DNA from: Yuukianura sp. NJ FZ-2021
Lineage: Eukaryota
Length of the DNA stretch: 64,000 nt
Assembly: GCA_046563655.1 (NCBI GenBank)
Contig: CM102287.1
Coordinates: 4,526,001-4,590,000, forward strand
Direction: 5' to 3'
The notes beneath the pieces were generated by a model. It did not search any database and had not been told where the DNA came from. It saw nothing but the letters and a program-made list of their open reading frames with translations. A program made the translations under genes and the position numbers. Of this stretch, positions 38,382-52,686 are shown piece by piece (positions within the stretch are counted from its first letter, which is position 1; each line of letters begins with the position of its first letter).

Positions 38382-38563
38382 ATTAGCCAATTGTAGAACT
38401 CAATTTGTAATTAATGTAATTCAGAGTAATTAGTAACTCAATTAGTTTGTAATTATTTATTGAATTTTTGTATCCTCAAAGTCCCGTTTAATTTAACCCG
38501 TGTCAAATTCAAACTGTTGACGGTTGTGTTTCCTATTTATGAACTTTTGTGATAAAACGTCCG

Positions 38564-38686
38564 TTTAGGAAGTGAGCTCCACCGTGAGAAAGTATTTAGC
38601 CCCACCAATGTGGGAAAGTATTTCGGCCCCACCTTTACCAAAAGTATTTGAAACGGGAAATTCCACGGTGGGGCTCAAGTTCTAAA
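38564..38686. mobile_element. Small MITE-like inverted-repeat element
   Basis: TTTAGGAAGTGAGCTCCACCGTG ... CACGGTGGGGCTCAAGTTCTAAA form imperfect 23-bp inverted ends; AAAGTATTT occurs three times inside. No clear TSD. Confidence 0.5.
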
Positions 38687-41600
38687 GGAACAAAAACCAT
38701 TAAATTATTTCCTAGTTTTAATACTGTAGAGTCCGGTGAATCTCAAATGTTATTACACTAAAGTTATAATTGTTAACTGAAACTATTTAATTAAGTATAT
38801 TTAGTTAAGGTATATAATATACATAATTATAATATATTAATATAAAATTATAAATTAAGTTATATTTCGAACATTTTTATACAATTTAGTTAAGTTTTCT
38901 GGAAGTTAGGCACTCACAATTTAAAATGTTACCAAGATTATGAATCGAATCAAATAAAACTGTGAACATGAGTTGAGCAAGGGGTCAGTGACCTCTCTTT
39001 TCGGGAGCTGTTGGACCGTGACCTTTGACCTTTCGGGGTCAACTTAGCCTTACCTCGTGGTAGTAGATTGATGGCTACGCACTTTTGTGTGAAAGTGCGT
39101 TGCTGTAGTGAGTCCTCTTTCGGATTAGGGAGAAAGCGGGTATTAGGGGTCGTGGGTTCTTGTTGGCTATCGATTTTCGAGGTGCTCCTCCTGCCTTTAG
39201 CTTTCTCCTGACCAGCCATCGACAGACACGCGAATTAACACAGACATGGACCCACCACCGTCATCACTCCTCAAGTCACCCACCCAGTCATTCCAGGAAC
39301 CACGGTGCAGCTCAGGCTATGTTCACTCATCCGCCGGGTCACGGTCAGAGGTCAACCCGGGTAAGTTTGGACAATTCTACACTAAATCTCTCCAGAATTT
39401 TAAAATCTAAGGACTTTTCACCCGGGTATCCAACAGAATCTTAGAAAAGCAAATCTAAGCTAAAAACTAGCATTTGAGAGAGTGAGGTACAAAGGTCATT
39501 GACATTCAATCCTATTTGTTGATGTTAAAGTTAGTTTACTTGCTTAACTAAAGTTAGCTTACTTTTGACTATGTAAAAATGAGTTACTTAAAAAAAAAAG
39601 TAAAGAAACATTTTTTGTTGCATAATAAGGACGCCGTGGAGTTTGTAAATCTGGAAAACACAAGTTAAAATACTGATTTGTTGTGTTTTTTGTTGACCGG
39701 CGGCTATGTATGCATTGTTTTTCGAATTGTTCGACTTTTGACAAGTTTTGAATTTTTAAGCGTGAGGGAGGTCACAGGTCAACTTTTTTTTTCAATATTG
39801 CGTGAAATGTAATGTACATCATGCATTTTACATGATTTCGAACCCCTTCGGTTTCATGTTATGTTTCATGTTATTGATTCCATTTTCAGGTTGGGGGAGG
39901 ACGGAATCGGTGAATTTGTGACGCTTTTAACTCAACAAACTTCCTGTTTCCACTCACCTGTTTCCTACTTCCTTCCGAAAGTGAAAGGGACCATGGGCCC
40001 TTGAAACACAAGATTCAAGCGAGAGACACGAAGCCCTTAAGGTTAGGTTGCATGATCCTCCCTAACCAGGGATTCAGGTGAGTAAGTTTGATTATTATGT
40101 GAAGTGACTCTTTGTAAAAAGTTGCAGGGAGGGGGACTTCCATTGTTTTGCACGAAGGGGACTTAAGGGCCAACGGACAACCGACAGAAACATCAACTGA
40201 ACCAACCGAATAAACTACCGTCTGTCAATCTACTCGTCACAGGCAAACGGACTGCATCAGCATCAGCTTCAACGGAGGAAACGTTTGAACAAAATTGAAC
40301 TTTTCAAAATTTTGAAACAGTAGTATTTCGAAACTGCATTTTCTGAAATTTTGAACTTTGTTTAGGAAACGACGCTACAGCATTGGAAGTAGAATGTCAA
40401 GGAGCGTTAACTGGAGATTGAAGGAAATCGTGACTTTTGGAAGACTATTGATTTTGTTGTTTGGTTTTTAGCCACAAAACAAGAGATCATTGGTCTTTCT
40501 CCAGTCTTTCCTTAAACACCTTCATTCAACAGGCAACAACAACAACAGAATTGGGAAATTGCACCAATTGACACAATTTGGAAATTACGTTTCGTAATTT
40601 CCCGATTTTTCTAAAATTGGCTTTGCTGAGGTCACCAGTGCACCGGAGTGCAAGCGATGAGCTAAGTGCGTGCGGTATTTCTGGAAAATCCGGGAAATTA
40701 TTTCAAGCATTTCATCAGAATTTCTCAGCTTTCCAGCAAAATTTCCCACTTTTGGATATCCGCAAATTTCCGGCATACACAAACATGCCGATTTTTTTCA
40801 AATTGCAATTGGAATTGAAATTTCCATGTTTCTTTTGTTGCAAATATCTAAATCGCATTCCTGGAATTTCTGGAATCTCCAATAATTATTGATCAATTTT
40901 TATCTCTCTCTTGCGCACATGGTTTTCCACACTAAAGTATCAACTTTAGTTTGATTTCATTGAAATATTGACAGGTGCTATTGTCTACGTTTGCAATTTT
41001 TTGCAAAACAGTTTGCAGAAATGGTTTGATGTTTTTGGAATAATCCTGTTCCTGTTTCGTTTGTATTTTTGAGCATGACGATCATGAGTTCTCGTAACCG
41101 ATAAGTTCCCGGATATTTGAGGAGGTGTGGGATGAATATTTTTGGATCTACTACAAGCGAAACCCAAACAATAGTGATCCCGCCTAAGCTATCATCGCTG
41201 GCAAATTTTTTGCACAAAAAATTATGTGCAAAAAATCTTCGCTTTTCATAACCCAAACAATTCAAGTTTCTCATCTTCACACCTGCCAAGAATTGCACAA
41301 AACACTTATCTGAATTTTATGTTTTCTTAGTAGCTAGTAGCTATTGGTTTGTACACAGTTCCAAATCGTTGGTATTGTCAGATGTAAATTATTAATTCAA
41401 ACTGCATTAATAAATTATTTTGAATGAATGTGATCTGTTGATCTGTATTAAAATTTAAACTTATTTTAAATTTCGATTTTTTTTAGATTGCTTTTATTTT
41501 TAATTTAATGTTTTATTGTATTTTATTGTAATGTAATCGATTTTTTTTCGAAAATTTTATTAAAAAGCACGACATCAGTCATTCCCTTCATGTTCACCTA

Positions 41601-42724
41601 AATATGTTATGTTATGTTATTATTAATATACCTAACCACTTTACACAATTTTACATCTCCTCACCTACTATTGTGAATTGTGTAACTTTTTTCTGCGTGA
41701 CCTTTGACCTCAAGGCAACGTAATGTGGACGTGGGAATCCGGAATTTCCAAAAGAGCAGTTTTGACAGTTCTGAAACAGGCGAAATAATGGAAATGTGAG
41801 GTCATGGTGTCTGTCTTGTTGTCTGGGTGTCACGCGTCCGTTTTGAATGAATCTCATACTGTACAGCGTTTCACAATGCTGGAAGAGAGGTCAGAGGTCA
41901 CGTTTCATTTGGTCCACCACGTGCTTCTGAGTCAGGAAGTCAAAACTTGACCTCCTCATCTTATGACTTAATCTTTTCCAAAAAAAATTGTTGTAAAAAA
42001 CGAACAAGGAAAGTCAAGTGACATGACAGGAGGAAAATGATTTTGCAAAGAGTGATCCTGATTGCACTAGGGAACAAACGTCAGACTAAACAAGATGAAT
42101 GAAGAGTGTCGTGCCTCTCATGTCATCGTGTCGTCATGGTCCGAATGTAACAAATTTCTAAAAACTAAGATTAACATTAACATCCTAGTTAAGTGTAAAG
42201 TTCACCTAGGTGTGCATTAGCTTATGTGTCGGATGTTGTTAACACCTCTTAAGTGGTTTCCGTCTCACTGAATTTAAACTCAAAACAAGCTTAACCTTTT
42301 GAAACTGACGCAAACCGACGTAACTTTAGTCATCGTTTTCACCTGAGACGTGTACTAATCCCCTGGATTAGATTGGACATAATGTATGGACGAAATTTTG
42401 CATTGTGCAAAAATTTGCAAACTTTGGACTTACTACTAAATTTGGAGTTTGCAAATATTTCGAGTTGCGTGATTTAATCCCAGAGGTGTGAAAATCGTCG
42501 GAGTGACGATTAGCAATTGTCAATTGGCAAATTTTTGAGCAGGTGATCTGAGTGTTTAGTCATCGCAAGAGTTGGAGTGGGTGAAATGCGAATTCGCAAG
42601 TTGCGAATTCCGGAGAGATAGGATATGTTAGCATAAGCATAGTGTGATGATCGAAATTGGGTTAGCTGATTCGTTTTAGCATAACGTTGAAGTGTGGATG
42701 AACTAATCTTGCGGAAAGTTCGAT

Positions 42725-42763
42725 TATAAAAGGCACGTTCCTGGCTGGATTCTGGCCACAGTT
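42725..42763 (+). promoter_or_regulatory. TATA box plus Inr-like element of the spaetzle-like gene
   Basis: TATAAAAG at 42725 and ACAGTT about 33 nt downstream; the ATG lies about 170 nt further on. Confidence 0.6.
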
Positions 42764-42927
42764 CAAAAAGTTAAACAACGCGAGACAAAACAGTTTGGAA
42801 AGTTTGCAAACATTTTTTACAAATTGCAAATTGCATAATAACGTGTTTCTTGCTCTCTGTTGCCAATTGTGCCAAATTCAAAGCCAAGAATTCAAAAGTC
42901 TGAAAAAACAACAGTTTTAACATAGAA

Positions 42928-44056
42928 ATGGAGGTGAAAAATATTTCGCGGAGGAGTAGTGCCTTGACCTCTTTTCAGCTTCACTTTTCAAATGCAGCTC
43001 TACTAGTTCTACTTTTGTTGGTAACTATTTTTTCTTTCAAAATTTTGAAATTTTTCAAATTTTGAAAACCTCTACCTTCACATTCCGCACTTTTCGTCTA
43101 CTTTCTAAATCGTTTCTTATCGAAGATCTTTTAATTTTTCTAACTTTTAGAAAAATTTTACGAAAAGTTTAGTTTAACTTTCACTTTCACTAAATCCGCA
43201 GTTTTTAATTTAATCAAGGACAATTTCAATCTTTGAAGAAACTTAAACGAAGAAGCTAACGCAAATTGTTAAAGTTTTTCAAAATTAAAAAAAATTTTTT
43301 TTTCGGTTTTTAGATCATTGTGCCAGATTTTGGAAAAAGTACTCCACTGTTCGACGTGTACCGTGTGGAGCGTGAACCAGATGCAATTCCACTTCAGTAC
43401 TTGAGGTAAGGAACTTCTAACTTCCGGAATTTAAGTAGTATGTCAAGGACACTTTAGCTAAAATTCACACTCAAAGTGTGAAGTAATTGAAATTCCAAAG
43501 ATAACATATTAACTAATTGCTAATTAACTTTTTTAATACAGCAATCCACTTGATGTTGAGTTTCCCGGTAATCAAGTCATCGATGACACAAATGCTGGGG
43601 AAGTTTGGTCTTCCATTCAAAAACGTACTCGACAACCTGCTGCAGGAAACACAAATGTACCGATTTCATGCTGTCCCACCGTCATTGACGTAATCCAGCC
43701 ACTCCATGGCAAAAATCGAGCAGGTCAGTTCATAACCTTAAAAAAAGTCAAAGGTCAAAGGTCATATAGTTAAATACCAAGAATGTACTAACTTTAACTT
43801 TCATTTTTCAGGTGAACTTGTTGAACTCTACAGTTCAGAATCAGTGCGACAGCGATTCTACGAAAACTCTTGTGCTCCGAACATTGCCGAAGCGCCGTGT
43901 CGTTTCTTGGATAGAAGGCACACTGCGCAGTCGCGGTGTGTCCAGCAGTACTCTTACACTTATGCTATGGTCAGGGACTTGGACAGTGTCGTTTCTCAAT
44001 GGAAGTTGGACTACATTCAAGTACGCAGTGGCTGTTCCTGTCAGATTTCACAGTGA
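42928..44056 (+). CDS. Secreted spaetzle/neurotrophin-like cystine-knot protein (4 exons)
   Basis: Hydrophobic ALLVLLLLIIV, basic site KRTR, then SCCPTV..P..GKNRAGELVELY...QRFYENSC..PCRFLD..SRCVQQYSYTYAMV..WKLDYIQVRSGCSC. Confidence 0.8.
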
Positions 44057-45482
44057 CTTAATTTCAATGTCAACCGTGACCTGGGGTCAAGGTCACCTCG
44101 AAGTGCCATTCCACAATGTGTTATACCTCTTCTGCCTTAACTTGTTTAAATCTCGTTGTGCCAATTTAGTTTTACTTTTGTACTTTTTAGTTTTAGTTTT
44201 TTTGATCTGCAAGTACCTTGACTGACGCTGGTCGTCTGCTCTTGTCTTTAAAATGTAAAAAAAAGTATTATTTACTTATTTATTTTTTATCATTTTATTT
44301 AATTATTTTTTATGTTGTGCTAACCATTGCCAAAATAAACAAAACTGCAAATAAGAATTGCATCATTATCTGTAATATGATTCGTTCCTTGACTTTCCTT
44401 AAGTTAACCTTCTCTCCTTGACTTTAACTTGACCCCACGTAACCTTTACCTTTGTCAAGAAAACGATTGGAAATTCACATGCCACTGGAGGAGCAAAGTC
44501 CACAACTTATCTCCAGTAAAATTTAGAAAAGTTTAGAAAAACGAAAAAGGTCAAACGAGGTCACGGATGACGTAGGTCAACATCCAAAGCATAAGACAAA
44601 CTGACGTAAATTCTGGTTTACTCTAAAAAACTTGATAAACATTTCGTTGTCATAAGGTCAACAGACGCGTTTACTAACTTCTACGAAAGTACAATTGCAA
44701 AGGCGCCAAATTTCAAAACTGATGTGTCAGTACGGTCATTCAAAAAGTTACGTCCACTTTCTGTACTATACTGGGCGTCTAAAATTTGACAATGAAATAA
44801 ACACGGAGATTAATGAAAATAACATTATGTGCGTGATTACTGATTAAATACAAAAACTTAAATATTTATATCTAAATGTACATGCATATTGGGCTATTTA
44901 ACATTCGATTTAGTTTAAGTAAATATAACTAATAAGTGAAAGATTAAAGTTAAATGTTTATAATTTGTTTTTGTTTTGTCCAGAACTGTACTTGACTTGC
45001 GAAATTTAGATTTTTGTGTGTTGGTGCAACCTGCCGTTTTCTCTTTCCCCCTCTTTCCCCACCCTCAGCAGAAGAGGAAGTCGATTGACGACAGATGGGT
45101 TTAATTAATCTATTTAACTGAGGTGTTAATTGATTCATTCTTTGGTTCGGACCTTACAGGTAAGTTCAAAAACAATTCTACACGTATAGCTAATGCCGTG
45201 TTTGGTTGTGATCGTAGTAAAAACCGTAGTTTGCGTAATATCGATAAGCCGGCCTTTCTCTTCCTGGGATAAAAAAATTTCTAATCTGCTGATCCAATTA
45301 CTACGTTTGTTTGACGTCAACGAATTACGTCCGTCTAGTCTAGGGGCTTTGCTTTAAGTTGTTGTGGTAGTACTAATCGATGATCTCATTCGTGCAATAA
45401 TGTTAGAGATCACATGAGACATTAAGGTTTAGGACGTAGTTTTTAATCGAAGGTCACTCGTTGATTTGTTTACAGTTCCAAA

Positions 45483-46387
45483 ATGGCTGACCTTGAAGAT
45501 TTCTTTGCCAAACGAGATAAGAAGAAGAAGAAGACACCAAAGGGATTTGAGGCAGACGATGTCGCCAAAATTCTGGAGAAGAAGCGAGCGGACATGAGCA
45601 AAAGCTCTTATCAGCCTCCGCCTGCTGAAAGTACTGATCCTGTCAGTGAATATAAGGTGAGTATTGAGCATGAGCAACACTTACTTGAAACAATTAGCAT
45701 TTCAAATAATGAATTTTTCATTGAGGAATTGAAACTTTGGTTTTTATCATTATAGGCCCAAGAAGTTGACGATGAGTGGCGTGAAGCCGTGGAATATCAA
45801 CCAGATTTTACTGGGCTAAAAATTCAAGACCTTGTAGAACCGAATAGTGAAGATGAAGAAAATGAAGCCAACGCTGAGGCTGAAGCACAAAAGGAAGGTC
45901 CTTGGAACCGTGGCCGTGCCGCGGCTGTTGCAGAAACAGTTGTCACACCCTTTCCAGCTTCCACTCCCACGGGAGAAACGAAACCGCAAGAAGTAACCGC
46001 TGCTGCAACTGGAGACGAACCGGACAAAGGGCCAGAGACTGTCAAACCCGAGGAACCAGCAGCTCCAGCTCCTGCTCCTGGAAAATTCGTGCCACCCCAT
46101 TTACGAAATAAATTGGCCGCCACTGCTGCTTCAGGATCCGGTGGTGCTGGTATGGAATCATAAACTAAAAATTCAAGTACATCAACAGCTTAAAATCCTA
46201 TTCAATTGTACATGCTTTGTTTATTTCAGCCCCTGCGCCACCTAAACCCACCACCTTGGCGGGAGACTCTGGTGGGAAATACGTGCCTATTCATATGCGT
46301 CAAACAACCTCCTCTACTGCTTATCGACCAAAGAAAGCTGCACCAAATATAGACGAACAGAACTTTCCAAGTCTAGGTCAGTGTTGA
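45483..46387 (+). CDS. CDV3: CDV3 homolog (3 exons)
   Basis: MADLEDFFAKRDKKKKK, DDEWRE..DFTGLKIQDL, EGPW, GKFVPPHLR and KKAAPNIDEQNFPSLG. Confidence 0.85.
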
Positions 46388-46703
46388 GCGGACTGCATTT
46401 AGGAACCCACAATTCACCACGCCCTCATCATCACAAATTCCTCTTGGACACCGGCAATTCAGCCATCTTGAAGCTGTTACGTTTCATAATCATTTTTTCA
46501 ATTCAATCCTGCGGAAACTAGAATTTTATGGAGATATATGATCAACTCCGTGTTCCACCTTTAGTATTTACGTTGTCGAAAACTAAGAAATAAAGGTCCC
46601 AACAAAATCTTAACGCTTATTATTTATCGAAGACTTCACTGCACTTATAATTGAATGCAAACTCCTAATTTGTAGTTTAAGTGTTACGGAGTGTTTAGAC
46701 TTT

Positions 46704-47385
46704 CTAGTCTTCCCCAGCAGGCATCGCATCCTCCAGCTTTCGGATAAATCGGACTCGGATTTCTGTAACGTTGTCCCCTTTGAGTGTATCCTGCTGAATC
46801 CAGGACTGGACTTCCATCTGAACCATTTCACATGCTCCACGGATTACCCCTGGAAGAATATTGGCGTACTTAAGATTTGCACATGAGTCTGGCAGTTCCA
46901 CAAATTCTGCAAATGGAGTAGCGTCGAACATCAGAGAGAATTCGTCTGCTCCACCACTCCAGTTGCCAATGGTTGGATTCAGTCCGAGATACATTTTGAA
47001 GGCTTGCTAAAGGTAAAAATTACTGCCGTTACGATTTACTTTCATTACAATGTTTAGTAATCGTAATTAAGGATAGTACTTGAATTTTGTCTGATGTATC
47101 TCGCATGTCTCCGCATCTTGGAAAATTCGTTCGGGCTAAGAAGTCTTCGATCAGCCTGATTCCAATGTTGTAGCCCATTCTGTCCAGGTTCTTGTTAACG
47201 TCATCTGAACTTTCGTAGTCTTTGACGAGTTGTGATACCAAAGCTCCATAGGTCAACGTAAACAGTTCTGAATTCTACACATAAAAGGAAAAAATCAAAA
47301 CTAAGATCAATTTGATTAACCAAAAAAACCGTTTAGAGCTTACCACTTTCTTTGGATCAGCGATTCTTGTTGTTTGCCGAGACAT
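46704..47385 (-). CDS. TRAPPC3: Trafficking protein particle complex subunit 3 (Bet3)
   Basis: MSRQTTRIADPKKV | NSELFTLTYGALVSQL..MGYNIGIRLIEDFLAR | AFKMYLG...FAEFVELP...GVIRGACEMVQ...LEDAMPAGED*. Confidence 0.97.
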
Positions 47386-48842
47386 GTCTGGGACTCGAAT
47401 TAATCTTGTAATAAGCAATTAAATTGCTAATTTACCTAACGCTACTTTGTTTACATTAGATAAACATAACGGTTACTTCATTCATTCAAATCACAAATTG
47501 AAAAATTCAAATGTGAAATCAAAACGTCAAACAAAACACCTGCTAAAATATCTCAAACACTTTTGAATTTGGCGCCGGAATTTATGAACCGAATTTTAAG
47601 GGAGGAAAAATGCGAAGCCAGAAAAAAGAAAAAAAAAGTTGAGTGGAGTTCTCTCTTTGATAAAAAAAAAAACAAAAAGATAGCATGCCAAAGCTTTAAT
47701 TTGAGTTTAAAACTTCGCCAGTTTATATTTACCACAACCGTATTTTTTTACTTTTTATTAGTTAAATTAATTAATAGCTAATAATGTGTAATAATACAGG
47801 CTTTCTAAACTAAACTCTAAATGAAACGTATATAATGTTTTTTATTCGTCTGGTATTTTTGTCTGGAATCTTAAATATTTAATATTTTTCTAACAGTAGT
47901 GATATGTAAGTTGGGCTAAATATATTGTATTAAAAAAACGTTTCCCTCCAGACTTTTCAACTTTGACGTAAAAGTTTTTTGAGTTCATGACCTCAAGCAG
48001 TGAAAAACGTGGAAAATGGTCGGTGTTCAGTTTCTCAAAAGAGCTTCAAGTATTACTGTGTTGTGTAGTGCAGTGCTACTGTTCATTTTGAATTTTTGGT
48101 TGTGCTAACTTTATAAAAATTCAGTTGCCGTTGAAGTTCTGCCGGGTGGAGTTTACGAACTTAATTTCTCCACCCTCCGCCTTCGGGCGCCTCCGGTATT
48201 TTCAGACAGCCGCGTAACAACGAGAAATCCAGAAGAACCAGTGAGAACTTTTGTGGACAAGTCATTGAAATTCACAGTGAAAAAGTCAAGGTCACACGCG
48301 AAATAACTGCGTCCTGCGTCCATTTAACTTGTTTCTACTACTGCGTTCCCAATTAATGGAAATCGAACAGTCTATTTCTAGTCTACAGTCGATAATTGAT
48401 ACGCTGACAAACTAGGAATCCAGAAAGGCTGACAGACACATCCACACACATCGCCCGCCGATCAACCAATGGACTGGAATTGGGAAACGGACTTGTCAAC
48501 AGTACTGGATATGAACAGATCATCGTACTATCATACATTGGGTAAGCTGCGTCATATTGTTTAGTTGTACATGTGTCATGGACTCGCTGGGCTGAGGGGG
48601 TTGAGAAGTTTGAAGAATAAGATGACTAAAGAAATGGTTTGGTTTTGGACTAGGTTCAACGATTCAAATTCATCATCATCAGGATTAGGCTGATCAGTTA
48701 AAGCCAAATACTGCTTGGATCGGATCTACTGTTCACATTATTCATCACAGCTCCGACTCGGAGCCCGTACGGTTTCCTACACTTGGTGTTGCAGTGCTTT
48801 GTGTTTCTGGCGGTTACACTAAAACGTTGAGACAACGTTGCG

Positions 48843-51652
<2,810 letters not shown>

Positions 51653-52625
51653 TCACACTGAAACGAGAGAAATCTATCCAAGTAGGAACCATGTCTGACA
51701 GATATATAGCAAAGATTTAGGATTTTGAGTTAATTAGTAATTAAGAAATCTATAGTTAACTGTTGTTAGTTTAAGCAAATTCACCTCACACTTGTAGATT
51801 TGATGCCCTAAATATCCAAAGCACTTTACACATTTAATTCGTACCTGATGTGATAGTTTTGAAGTTTTTAGATCTTCAAAGTGAAGATGAGACTAACTAC
51901 TGACTCCTCAGAAAATTACAGGATATACAGGGCAAAGGGATTTTTTATGTTACCGTAAAGTCTAACCTTAAGTTACAGGTTAATTAAGTTATTTAATTTA
52001 ATTTAAAACTGATTAGTTTCTTATTAAGTTTGGGTTGTTAGTTTTGACGAATTCAAATAACTTAGTTTCTTTGAATTTCTTGAGCTCTTTTCTTAGTTTT
52101 TGAACAAACTTACAGAATCGAGAAAATAGTTCATTTTTGGTTGGTTTAATTAAGAAAACTCTTCGAATTGTTAGTTCTAGATTAACATTTATGTTTAGTT
52201 GGACTAAAATGTTGATACTCTTGGAGCATCATGTTCTAAAAGCAACTAAACCTTCTATGCCAATGCGCTTGGTGTTAGAAAATTTATAAGATGGTAATTG
52301 TGGAAACAAGAGATCAACTGCTGGAAGATGAAAACGTTCGAATGCGAAGACGGTGATCTGTGTTGTCTGCTTTTACCCACTTTTACCATGACACATACGA
52401 AGGCATCCACACCAATTCCAATGAGCCATAAAGATGTTATAAAAAATATTTATGCAAAGTAATAAATTCAGAATTCTTGACAACCGAAAACTAATTTGAT
52501 ACCAAACAGTTACTTTGATTGGTTTCTAGAGAAAATCTGGGAGAAGATTTTTTCCAAGAAATCGGTCAAAGTCTTCTGTGTTGTTTGTTGCGTTTTTCAG
52601 ATTTTGAGTTGGATTATAGATGACC

Positions 52626-52681
52626 GCAAGCAATTTCTGGTGTGATTTTGGAAAGACTGCAAGCAATTTCTGGTGTGATTT
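52626..52681 (+). repeat. Short direct duplication GCAAGCAATTTCTGGTGTGATTT (2 copies) upstream of the TRPM ATG
   Basis: 23-nt unit at 52626 and 52659. Confidence 0.8.
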
Positions 52682-52686
52682 CTGAA

